From Elusimicrobiota bacterium (lineage in GTDB: Bacteria; Elusimicrobiota; Endomicrobiia; Endomicrobiales; JBDRNC01): 64,000 nucleotides of DNA. The notes under the pieces were generated by a model, which had not been told where the DNA came from, ran no database searches, and was given only the letters and a program-made list of their open reading frames with translations. A program made the position numbers and the translations under genes. Positions within the stretch are counted from its first letter, which is position 1. The number at the start of each line of letters is the position of its first letter. The stretch spans positions 1 through 64,000 of the forward strand of contig JBDRNC010000003.1 of assembly GCA_043811535.1 (NCBI GenBank). Reading direction: 5' to 3'. Below, in pieces: positions 18,212 through 26,868 of the stretch.

Positions 18212-19519
18212 ATGAACTGGGAAATTAAGCCATCCAAGGTAATCAAAGGTTCTTTAACCCCGCCGCCTGACAAATCAATAACCCACAGGGCCGTCATGTT
18301 TTCGGCGATCGCCGAAGGGGAATCCGTCATTGAGAATTACCTTTCCGGCGAAGATTGCCTGAGCACGGTAAAAGCATTTCAGGCGATGGGCATTGATATC
18401 GAAACACGAAAAAACATTCTGAACATAAAAGGCGAGGGTCTGAAAGGACTGAAAAAACCCGCCAAACCATTAGATGCCGGCAACTCCGGTACAACGGTGC
18501 GGCTCATATCGGGGATACTGGCCGGCCAGGATTTTGAAACCGTGATAACGGGCGACGCAAGCCTTTCAAAAAGGCCGATGGAGAGGATTATCGAGCCGCT
18601 GTCGCGCATGGGAGCTGGAATAACCGCGAAGGACGGAAATTTTCTTCCGATGACGATAAAAGGGACGAGCGTTCTCAAGGCGGTGAAATACGAAAGCCCG
18701 GTCGCGAGCGCGCAGGTCAAGTCCTGTGTTCTGCTTGCCGGTCTGCAAGCCGGCGGAACGACTTATTTTACGGAACCCGTCAAGTCACGCGACCACACCG
18801 AACGCATGCTCAGGACATTCGGCGCCGATATAAGAGTCAACGGGCTTTCAGTATCTGTCAACGGCCCGGCAAAACTGCAGGCGCGGAATATCAGAGTACC
18901 CAGCGATATCTCCTCCGCGGCGTTTTTCATTGTCGCGGCGTGCCTGGCATCGCCCGAAGGCGTGACGCTCAGGAATGTCGGCGTGAATCCCACACGGGAC
19001 GGCATACTGGAAGTTTTGAAGAATATGGGTGCCAATATTGAAATCAAGAACGCGCGCGAGGTGTCCGGCGAGCCGGTTGCGGATATTTTCGTGAAGAAAT
19101 CGGTCCTTAGAGCCGTCAATATAGAAGCCGGGATAATTCCGCGCCTGATAGACGAACTTCCGGTAATAGCCCTTGCGGCTACTCAGGCAAAAGGAACCAC
19201 CGTCGTCTCCGGCGCGAAAGAACTAAGAGTAAAGGAAAGCGACCGGATAAGAACCGTGACCGAGGCGCTGAGAAGCCTGGGAGCGAAAATCATCGAAAAA
19301 GAAGACGGAATGGTCATAGAAGGGCCGGCGAAACTTAAGGGCGCGGAGATAGAGAGTTCCGGCGACCATCGCCTGGCGATGACGGCGGCCGTGGCAGGAA
19401 TAATAGCGGAAGGCGCAACTGTTGTCACAAATATTGAATGTGTAGAAACATCGTACCCCGGATTTATTGACGATATGCGCAAGATAGGCGCTAATATTAC
19501 TGAAAATACTAAACTCTAA
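18212..19519 (+). CDS. aroA: EPSP synthase
   Basis: DKSITHR, DAGNSGTT, SAQVKS, RDHTERM, RVKESDR and DHRLAM motifs. Confidence 0.97.
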   Translation: MNWEIKPSKVIKGSLTPPPDKSITHRAVMFSAIAEGESVIENYLSGEDCLSTVKAFQAMGIDIETRKNILNIKGEGLKGLKKPAKPLDAGNSGTTVRLISGILAGQDFETVITGDASLSKRPMERIIEPLSRMGAGITAKDGNFLPMTIKGTSVLKAVKYESPVASAQVKSCVLLAGLQAGGTTYFTEPVKSRDHTERMLRTFGADIRVNGLSVSVNGPAKLQARNIRVPSDISSAAFFIVAACLASPEGVTLRNVGVNPTRDGILEVLKNMGANIEIKNAREVSGEPVADIFVKKSVLRAVNIEAGIIPRLIDELPVIALAATQAKGTTVVSGAKELRVKESDRIRTVTEALRSLGAKIIEKEDGMVIEGPAKLKGAEIESSGDHRLAMTAAVAGIIAEGATVVTNIECVETSYPGFIDDMRKIGANITENTKL

Positions 19520-19685
19520 ACAATAAATACTAAATCCCGCGATGCGGGACTCCATTTAATAACACCAAGGAAGTCGTAAACACAAAACAAGAAATATAAA
19601 ATCTAAATTAAAGATGTTTATTTGATATTTGTACTTATAATTTTGGATTTATTTAGTGTTTAGTATTTAGTTTTTGGTATTTTTG
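19503..19685. repeat. Long AT-rich heptamer inverted array (AAAYACT/AGTRTTT) with nested 46-nt cassette
   Basis: aaatact aaactct aaacaat aaatact ... ttagtgt ttagtat ttagttt ttggtat; cassette at 19535-19580. Confidence 0.85.
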
Positions 19686-19691
19686 GATAAC

Positions 19692-20288
19692 ATGACAAAA
19701 AAAATAAAGAGCTCTTGGTTATATTACACTGGCCGGGCGATATTCCGGCTGATGTTCGGAATTATTTGGAGATGGGAGATCAAGGGGCAGGAAAATATCC
19801 CGGCGGACGGCGGGGTCATAATCGCTCCGAACCACAGGTCATACGCCGATCCGCCGCTCACGGGAAGCGCGATGGAACGCCCGCTTCATTTCATGGCGAA
19901 AGAAGAGCTTTTCGGCATTCCTGTCCTCGGGTTTTTGATAAACAGGACTAATGCCTTTCCGGTCAACAGGGGCGCCGGCGACGTCGGGGCGTTCAAGACC
20001 GCGTTGAACCTGCTTGAAAACGGCGAAACGGTGCTGGTATTCCCCGAAGGCACCCGCGCGAAGGATGTCGATTTCCGGCCCGCAAAGCAGGGGGCGGGGA
20101 TGCTGGCGTGCAGGGCGCAGGTTCCCGTAGTACCGGCAAGGATTTTCGGCAACGAAAAGATAGGCAAATTCAGGAAAATAAGAGTCATTTTCGGAAAACC
20201 TCTTCATCCGCCGAAGGAATACACGAAAGACGATTACGGCGAATTTTCCGAAGCGGTGATGGACGAGATAAAGAAATTATCATGGTGA
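19692..20288 (+). CDS. plsC: 1-acyl-sn-glycerol-3-phosphate acyltransferase
   Basis: NHRSYAD, FMAKEEL and VFPEGTR motifs. Confidence 0.93.
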   Translation: MTKKIKSSWLYYTGRAIFRLMFGIIWRWEIKGQENIPADGGVIIAPNHRSYADPPLTGSAMERPLHFMAKEELFGIPVLGFLINRTNAFPVNRGAGDVGAFKTALNLLENGETVLVFPEGTRAKDVDFRPAKQGAGMLACRAQVPVVPARIFGNEKIGKFRKIRVIFGKPLHPPKEYTKDDYGEFSEAVMDEIKKLSW

Positions 20289-21247
20289 AAATTGAGCCCC
20301 ATTCACATTCACACAAGCGCATAAGTTCCGTTTCCAATAGGGGGCGAAATCCCGATTACGCCGTCAAACGCAACCGAAGAAAGGGAAGTGTCGGGACCGT
20401 CAAGATCAAGATAGCGGAAACAGCGGGCTTCTGTTTCGGGGTAAGGCGCGCCGTGGGGCTGGCGGAAAAGATCGCCGGCGGCGACAAGAAAGTTTTCACG
20501 CTGGGTCCGCTGATACACAACCCTCAGGAAGTCAGGCGCCTCAAACGCAATGGGATAATGTCCGTGAAGAACGGGGATAAACTTGCCGGGTGCCGGCTCA
20601 TACTCAGGACTCACGGTATACCTTCATCCCATAGGGCGAAACTGGAAACGCAGAACCTGGAGCTTGTGGATGCCACGTGCCCGTTCGTCAAAAGGGCGCA
20701 GGATATAGTAAAACAGCTTAGCAGGGACGGCTACCAGATAATCATAGTGGGCGAGCACACTCATCCCGAAGTCGTGGCTCTCGTATCGTACTGCAAGGGC
20801 AGGTGCCACGTTGTGGAGAACAGCGGTGAGCTGAAAGGCGTAAAACTTGAAGAAAAAGTCGGGATACTTAGCCAGACGACGCAGACAAAGGAGAATTTTG
20901 ATTCCGTCATAAAAAAGATTAGGAAACTGCGCGGTGACGTGAAGGTCTTTAACACGATCTGCCGCGCGACGGAGGCCCGCCAGCAGGACGCTTCAAAACT
21001 GGCGAAACAGGTGGACATTATGGTTGTCGTGGGCGGAAAGAATTCCGGGAACACAAGAAGGCTGTACGAGATAAGCAGCAAATACGCCAAAAGCCATCTC
21101 ATAGAAACGGCGAGCCAAATAAAAAGCGGCTGGTTCAAAGGGGCAAAATCCATAGGCCTGACGGCCGGGGCCTCAACCCCGCAGTGGATTATTAAAAAAG
21201 TTGTAAATAAAATTGAATCTTTGTGGAATATTAAAAAAATAAAATGA
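20282..21247 (+). CDS. ispH: 4-hydroxy-3-methylbut-2-enyl diphosphate reductase with N-terminal extension
   Basis: AGFCFGV, LIHN, DATCPFV, HPEV, QTT, NTIC.AT..RQ and GLTAGASTP motifs. Confidence 0.95.
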   Translation: MVKIEPHSHSHKRISSVSNRGRNPDYAVKRNRRKGSVGTVKIKIAETAGFCFGVRRAVGLAEKIAGGDKKVFTLGPLIHNPQEVRRLKRNGIMSVKNGDKLAGCRLILRTHGIPSSHRAKLETQNLELVDATCPFVKRAQDIVKQLSRDGYQIIIVGEHTHPEVVALVSYCKGRCHVVENSGELKGVKLEEKVGILSQTTQTKENFDSVIKKIRKLRGDVKVFNTICRATEARQQDASKLAKQVDIMVVVGGKNSGNTRRLYEISSKYAKSHLIETASQIKSGWFKGAKSIGLTAGASTPQWIIKKVVNKIESLWNIKKIK

Positions 21248-21289
21248 GTTGAATTTCAACCAACTCAAATATAACGGAAGGAGAGCACA

Positions 21290-22984
21290 ATGGAAGAGCT
21301 GAAAGACGGGAACAACACCTCAAATACGCAGGAGCAGAAGGAAGAAGAAATCACGATGGAGGAGCTGCTCGGCGCGGAGCAGAAGGTCGAGCAGGGCAAG
21401 AAAATAAAGGTCCGTGTCGTCGGCGCGAGCCCCGAAGGGGTGCTTGTGGACCTTGGAATGAAATCCGAGGGCGTCATACTGAAGCAGGAGTTCGACTCCC
21501 CGGAAAAAATGGCCGAGCTCGTGCCGGGAACGGAAGTCACGGTTTTCCCGGAAAGAACGCGCTCGGAAAGCGGCCACCCGGTGGTTTCCTACCGCAGGAT
21601 AAGGGAGATGGACGCGTGGGAAACGATACGCGAATCGCACAAGAGCGGCGCGGTTGTTGAGGGAGTTGTCAGGAGAAAGATAAAAGGCGGATTCATTGTG
21701 GATATTGGCATTGACGCTTTCCTGCCGGCCTCACAGTTGGATATAAAAAGAGTGAAGGACGAAAACAAGTTCATAGCGCAGAAGTGCATGTTCATCGTGA
21801 CGGAATTCAACCAGGGCAAGAAGAACGTCGTCGTTTCGAGGCGCAAGATACAGGAAAAAGAGCAGCAGGAAACGCGCGCGAAGGTCATGGAAACCCTTGA
21901 GGAAGGGCAGATACTCGACGGTATCGTCAGCGGCATAACTGAATTCGGGGCTTTCGTGGACCTCGGCGGGTTTGAAGGGCTGCTGCACGTGAGCGACATA
22001 GCGTGGCATCACGTAAAGAAGGTCGGTGACGTCCTCAAGGCCGGCCAGCGCGTGAGAATCAAAGTGATGAAGATTGACAAGGAAAAGGGAAAGGTTTCTC
22101 TCGGAATGAAACAGCTAGTCGCGAGGCCCTGGGACAGCGCGGGAGAAAAATATAAAATAGGCGACGTGATAAAGGGGAAGATAACCTCAAGGACGGACTT
22201 CGGCATATTTGTAGAGTTGGAGCCCGGGTTGGAGGGGCTTGTCCATATTTCCGAGATATCATGGGACGAGAAAGGCGAGTCCGCGATCAAAAAATACTCC
22301 AAGGGACAGGAGATAGAGGCAAAGATCACCGGCATTGACAAGGAAAAAGAGAAACTCTCCCTTTCCATAAAGAGATTGAAATCAAATCCCTGGGAAGAGG
22401 CAAAGAACCATTACCCGGCGGGAACAAAGGTAAAAGGCGTAGTGACGCACCTTACTCCGTTCGGAGCGTTCGTCAAGCTCGCGGAGGGCATTGAGGGGCT
22501 CATACACGTCGCTGACATGTCCTGGACTAAGAAGGTGCGCCATCCGCAGGATGTCGTCAATGAAAACCAGGAAGTCGAAGTTATCGTACTGGACGTGAAT
22601 ACCGCGACCGAAAAGATATCTCTTTCCCTGAAACATATGTCGGAGGACCCGTTCAAGAAATACAAGTCCGGCAAGGCTGTGACCGGCACGGTCAAACGCA
22701 TAGTTGATTTTGGCGCCTTCGTGGAGCTTGAGCCCGGCGTTGAAGCGCTTTTGCGCGGTTCCGAAATAAGCCGCGAAAAAGTGGACAACCCCACATCACA
22801 GCTGAAAGCGGGCCAGGTGATAGAAGCAAAGATTATCAAGAGCGACGTCGTGGAGAAAAAGATAGATATATCCATCAGGCGACTTGACCAGGACAGGGAG
22901 AAAGAGCTGCTAAAGAGATACTCCAACAAGGAAAGCATACCCTCGCTCGGAGATGTCCTCGGGGAACATACGGATGAAGAATAG
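21290..22984 (+). CDS. rpsA: 30S ribosomal protein S1
   Basis: Six S1 repeats (FGAFV.L..G.EGL.H); AGGAG SD. Confidence 0.96.
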   Translation: MEELKDGNNTSNTQEQKEEEITMEELLGAEQKVEQGKKIKVRVVGASPEGVLVDLGMKSEGVILKQEFDSPEKMAELVPGTEVTVFPERTRSESGHPVVSYRRIREMDAWETIRESHKSGAVVEGVVRRKIKGGFIVDIGIDAFLPASQLDIKRVKDENKFIAQKCMFIVTEFNQGKKNVVVSRRKIQEKEQQETRAKVMETLEEGQILDGIVSGITEFGAFVDLGGFEGLLHVSDIAWHHVKKVGDVLKAGQRVRIKVMKIDKEKGKVSLGMKQLVARPWDSAGEKYKIGDVIKGKITSRTDFGIFVELEPGLEGLVHISEISWDEKGESAIKKYSKGQEIEAKITGIDKEKEKLSLSIKRLKSNPWEEAKNHYPAGTKVKGVVTHLTPFGAFVKLAEGIEGLIHVADMSWTKKVRHPQDVVNENQEVEVIVLDVNTATEKISLSLKHMSEDPFKKYKSGKAVTGTVKRIVDFGAFVELEPGVEALLRGSEISREKVDNPTSQLKAGQVIEAKIIKSDVVEKKIDISIRRLDQDREKELLKRYSNKESIPSLGDVLGEHTDEE

Positions 22985-22990
22985 TTTAAC

Positions 22991-23064
22991 GGCAGACGGA
23001 AGATGGAAGAAGGAAGACGGAAGTCTGATGTTTGTCGTTAATCTGAAATTTGAAATCTGTAATT
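22991..23064. repeat. Hybrid heptamer array (GGAAGAC arm + AAATYTG arm)
   Basis: ggcagac ggaagat ggaagaa ggaagac ggaag ... gtcgttaatctg aaatttg aaatctg taatt. Confidence 0.85.
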
Positions 23065-23070
23065 ATTTTT

Positions 23071-23283
23071 ATGCCTATATATGAATTCGTGTGCAAGAAA
23101 TGCAAGAAGAAATTTGAGACGCTGCTGATGGCAGGCGAAAAAGCCGTCTGCCCGGCTTGCGGCGGGGACGATCTGGAAAAACAGTTTTCCACGTTCGCGG
23201 CCCAGGGCGGAAAAAGCCATTCGCATTCCGGCCCCGCGTGTTCCTGCTGCGCTTCAAGCAAAGACTGTCAGAACAAACAGTGA
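23071..23283 (+). CDS. FmdB-family zinc-ribbon protein
   Basis: MPIYEFVCKKC...CPACG...LEKQFS and a Cys-rich tail. Confidence 0.88.
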   Translation: MPIYEFVCKKCKKKFETLLMAGEKAVCPACGGDDLEKQFSTFAAQGGKSHSHSGPACSCCASSKDCQNKQ

Positions 23284-23420
23284 ACAGTGACTCGTGACCA
23301 GTGACTAGGAACGTCTTCCCGGCAGCAAATAGGCTTTTATCCTTCTCCTTCCCCACTTGAGGGGGGAGGCAGGGATGGGGGGTACCCCCCACCTCAATCC
23401 TCCCCCGCAAGGGGGGAGGA
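23278..23420. repeat. GTGACY heptamer arm followed by C/G-rich palindromic element copy 3
   Basis: cagtgaa cagtgac tcgtgac cagtgac; then 23345-23420 ending ccacctcaatcctcccccgcaaggggggagga. Confidence 0.8.
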
Positions 23421-23452
23421 AGAATGATTGATAGCACGTTTCAAGTAAAAAT

Positions 23453-26260
23453 ATGCTTGAAAAATCGACAGCACTTGCCCGGACAATAGCAATTTTCCTG
23501 CTTTTATGCATACCGTCGCTGTCACTCTACGCCTACGATTACAACAAGGTCATTACAAGGACCTTTGACTGGCGCATCAAATCGACCCTTCATTTCGACA
23601 TCTATTACTACGATGCGTCCGGCGAAAAACTGCTTCCCGTTCTTGAAAAACAACTTGAAGCCGCCTACGATAAAGTAACAAGACTGCTCCCCGCTCACCC
23701 GGCCGAAAGAATTCCTTTCTTTTTCTATAACACTCACAACGAATTTGAACAGACCAATATCACCGATATCAGCGAAGGCGTCGGCGGCGTGACTGAGGCG
23801 TATAAGAACCGCTTTATCCTTTCTAATTCCGGCTCTGCGCGAGAGTTGGAATACCTTATCACGCATGAATTCACGCACGAGATAGAGTTTGAATACCTTT
23901 TTAGCGGTTTCTGGCGCAGCGTGCGGCTTTTGAAATTCATATTTTATCCGAACTGGGTGATGGAAGGCCTTGCCGAGTACAGTGTCAGGGACGTTGACCC
24001 GTCGCAGAACGAAATGTACCTCAGGGACGCCGCGACTTGCGGGAAACTTCTGCGTCTCGGGCACCTGCATTCTTTCGACCACGTGCTCCCGCACCAGGTC
24101 AGGCTCGCATACAAGGAAAGCGGCGCCTTTATGGTCTACCTCGCCGGGGAATACGGCGAGGAAAAACTGCCGAAACTGCTTGAAAGCTACCGCAATAATT
24201 TTGACCCCGATACGGTACTCAGGGAAGTTACCGGGACCGATCTTTCCGTCCTGGACAAGAGGTTCAGGGAATACATGGAAGAAAAGTACGCCGCGCTGTC
24301 AAAGGGATTAAAGGAGCCCGAAGAATACGGAAAGCCCATTGCAAAGAACGGGATATATCCGCGGTTTGAAGGAAACGGGGTATTCTCGCCTGACGGAAAT
24401 AATATCTATTATATTTCCGACGCAAGAGGCAGCAGGGAAATCTATGAACACAACCTGAATTCAGGAAAGAAAAAACGGATATACGGCATTACTCAGGGAA
24501 GCGATATCGAATACATCAGCGACAGCGGTTCCGGCCTTTCGATTTCGGCGGACGGCGGGTTTCTGGCATTTATCGGCGAAGAGCAGCAGAAGGATTACAT
24601 TTACATCCGCGACTTAAAGACCGGGCGCGTGAATAAATACTGGCCTGGGACTGACACTATGTACGCGCCCGCGCTGTCGCCTGACAGCGGCACGGTTTAT
24701 TTTTCCGGCTTGCGCGGAGGGCACCGCGACTTGTACTCGTACAATATAAAGACCGGGGCACTGTCCCAAATGACGAACGGCCCCGACGACGAAATAGACG
24801 CGGCGATTTCGCCGGACGGCAGGACGCTCGCTTACTCGGTTGAGAAAAAGAATGCTTCGGGAAGGTATGAATACAATCTAGAGGCGCTGGATATCGCGTC
24901 GGGCAGAGTGAGCCAGTTAACGGATCTCGCGGGCGACGAGCGAAATCCCGCGTACTCGCCGGACGGCGCCAGGATTTACTTCGTATCCGATCAGGACGGC
25001 ATAAACGATATCTACTCCATGGACGCCGCGGGCGGCCGAGTGGAACGGCTGACGAAGGTTATCGGCGGTAATTTCCAGCCGGCGCCGTCTCCGGACGGTA
25101 AAAAACTGCTGTTTACTTCTTTCAGGCGCGGTGAAATGCGTCTGTACATGATGGATTTGGATGCCGCGCGGGAAAATATCCCGGAAGGCGTAAAAACCGG
25201 CGGCGAAGGAAGCGAAGAAGAGTCTTTCGTGTCGCTTTCTTCCACATCGCCCTTAAGGAATTACAGGTTCAGGCCGGGGCTTGACCTTTTCTACCCGGCG
25301 CTGTTCTATTCTTCCATCGACGGTCTATACCTTGCGACTTACATGCAGGCCTCCGAGATGCTGGGCGACCACCAGATGTCTTCGTATGTCACCTACGGGA
25401 GCGGTTCGGAGTACATCGACTATAACGTTGCTTACGGTTTTCTGCGTTTCAGGCCGCAGTTCTATTTCCAGTTCATCGGGAACGAGTATTTCTGGGACAT
25501 TGATAAGAAGATAAAAAAGAAGGAAGACACCCAGGCAATGTACACGATTTACCCGTTAAACAGGTTCAAGCGCGTGGAACTCTCTCTTTCGACCACGGCG
25601 AAAAGCGAGCGCGACTCCGATATACCCGACTATGTCGCGCGCTCAAGGGAGAACGTGGCGGGGCTCGCGTTTCAATGGGATGTCACGCAGAGAGGATACC
25701 TTGAGCTGACGTCCGGCTGGGGATTCAGGGTAGACAGCGAGTTCTCGGACAAGTCCATGGAAAGCGATTACACATACCAGAACTACATGCTGGAAACGTG
25801 GAAATACTTTCCAATCGGCGGGGAGCAGGCTATCGGCTGGCGCACTCTTACCGCTACAAGCCTGGACATTAATTCCGGATGGTACTACCTGGGCGGGGCA
25901 AACCGCGTAAGGGGCTATCCGTCCAACCTGAATTACGCGGGACACAGGCTGTTCGTGAACAATATTGAATGGCGTTTCCCGATATCCAGGAACCTTAATT
26001 ATCACATGTGGTACTTTTTCCCGGACTTCTTCTTCAAGACCTTCTACGGCTCAATCTTTGTTGACACGGGGTTCGCGTGGGACAGGGATGAGGAACTTAT
26101 TAATATTGACCCGGAGCAGGTAAGGGGCAGTTACGGCTTTTCGCTGAGGTTTTACACATTTATACTACAGGCATATCCGTTTTTGCTGAATCTGCAGCTG
26201 GCGCGCAGGATGGACGGCCCCGCGGCAGTTGTTTACTTAAGTCTTGGCAGTAATTTTTGA
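23453..26260 (+). CDS. Exported protein: MA-clan metallopeptidase-like domain + TolB/PD40 propeller + Omp85-like beta-barrel
   Basis: Signal peptide; HEFTH...W.MEGLAEY; repeated SPDG motifs; LGG...VRGY; E.RFP; FVDTG; C-terminal LSLGSNF. Confidence 0.8.
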   Translation: MLEKSTALARTIAIFLLLCIPSLSLYAYDYNKVITRTFDWRIKSTLHFDIYYYDASGEKLLPVLEKQLEAAYDKVTRLLPAHPAERIPFFFYNTHNEFEQTNITDISEGVGGVTEAYKNRFILSNSGSARELEYLITHEFTHEIEFEYLFSGFWRSVRLLKFIFYPNWVMEGLAEYSVRDVDPSQNEMYLRDAATCGKLLRLGHLHSFDHVLPHQVRLAYKESGAFMVYLAGEYGEEKLPKLLESYRNNFDPDTVLREVTGTDLSVLDKRFREYMEEKYAALSKGLKEPEEYGKPIAKNGIYPRFEGNGVFSPDGNNIYYISDARGSREIYEHNLNSGKKKRIYGITQGSDIEYISDSGSGLSISADGGFLAFIGEEQQKDYIYIRDLKTGRVNKYWPGTDTMYAPALSPDSGTVYFSGLRGGHRDLYSYNIKTGALSQMTNGPDDEIDAAISPDGRTLAYSVEKKNASGRYEYNLEALDIASGRVSQLTDLAGDERNPAYSPDGARIYFVSDQDGINDIYSMDAAGGRVERLTKVIGGNFQPAPSPDGKKLLFTSFRRGEMRLYMMDLDAARENIPEGVKTGGEGSEEESFVSLSSTSPLRNYRFRPGLDLFYPALFYSSIDGLYLATYMQASEMLGDHQMSSYVTYGSGSEYIDYNVAYGFLRFRPQFYFQFIGNEYFWDIDKKIKKKEDTQAMYTIYPLNRFKRVELSLSTTAKSERDSDIPDYVARSRENVAGLAFQWDVTQRGYLELTSGWGFRVDSEFSDKSMESDYTYQNYMLETWKYFPIGGEQAIGWRTLTATSLDINSGWYYLGGANRVRGYPSNLNYAGHRLFVNNIEWRFPISRNLNYHMWYFFPDFFFKTFYGSIFVDTGFAWDRDEELINIDPEQVRGSYGFSLRFYTFILQAYPFLLNLQLARRMDGPAAVVYLSLGSNF

Positions 26261-26269
26261 GGCAAGCTT

Positions 26270-26381
26270 AAATGTCAAAATTCAAATGACAAAATATAAC
26301 GCCAAATATTAAGCAAAAAAACAGTTTTAAATTTGAATATTTTAATTTCTTTTGTCATTTGTGCTTTGTCATTTGGATTTT
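26270..26381. repeat. Heptamer inverted array (CAAATGW/TCATTTG)
   Basis: aaatgtc aaaattc aaatgac aaa ... tttgtca tttgtgc tttgtca tttggat. Confidence 0.8.
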
Positions 26382-26383
26382 AC

Positions 26384-26782
26384 ATGAGATATCTTATATT
26401 TTTATTATCCGCTCTTATATTGCTAGCGCCTGCGTGCAACAAGAGGTTGCTCGTCGGCGGCGGCTGGTACGAGTACGGGCCGATGGTGGTTGAGCTTACG
26501 GGAACGCTTGAGGGTGAAGTGAAAGGAATGGGCGGCACCGAGGAATACCGCCTGATAAAGCTTGAAAACCCGATAAACGTCAAGGAACGCGTCGCCGACG
26601 GTTCAAAAAAGGAAACAAACGTGACATGGATACAATTGCTCCTTAATTTCGCTGCGGTTGAATTCATCAGCGAATCCGCCGACCAGAAGGTCCGGGTGAA
26701 AGGGACGCTTTTCCATACTCCCGGCTACGGACAGGACACCAATGTGGGTATGAAAGTCAATGAGATAAAGACCTTGAAATGA
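26384..26782 (+). CDS. Putative lipoprotein (DUF4431-like)
   Basis: MRYLIFLLSALILLAPA-C lipobox-like signal; VELTGTL and VKGTLF motifs. Confidence 0.6.
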   Translation: MRYLIFLLSALILLAPACNKRLLVGGGWYEYGPMVVELTGTLEGEVKGMGGTEEYRLIKLENPINVKERVADGSKKETNVTWIQLLLNFAAVEFISESADQKVRVKGTLFHTPGYGQDTNVGMKVNEIKTLK

Positions 26783-26788
26783 ATGGCA

Positions 26789-26866
26789 TTTCAGATATTC
26801 CCGCAAAGCGGGACTTCATTTTATTACGCTAAGGTAGTCGCAAATTTCAGATTTCAAATTAAAGAC
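26789..26866. repeat. ATTTCAG arm with nested 46-nt cassette
   Basis: atttcag at[tcccgcaaagcgggac...agtcgcaaa]tttcag atttcaa attaaagac. Confidence 0.8.
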
Positions 26867-26868
26867 TT

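Noticed and set aside
20108..20281. Extended starts in the ORF track (ispH 20108, also ddl 6364, gltB 36668, bioF 50337, bioD 51575, 26333)
   Set aside because: They run through upstream genes, terminators or repeat elements. Downstream ATGs match the expected N-termini.
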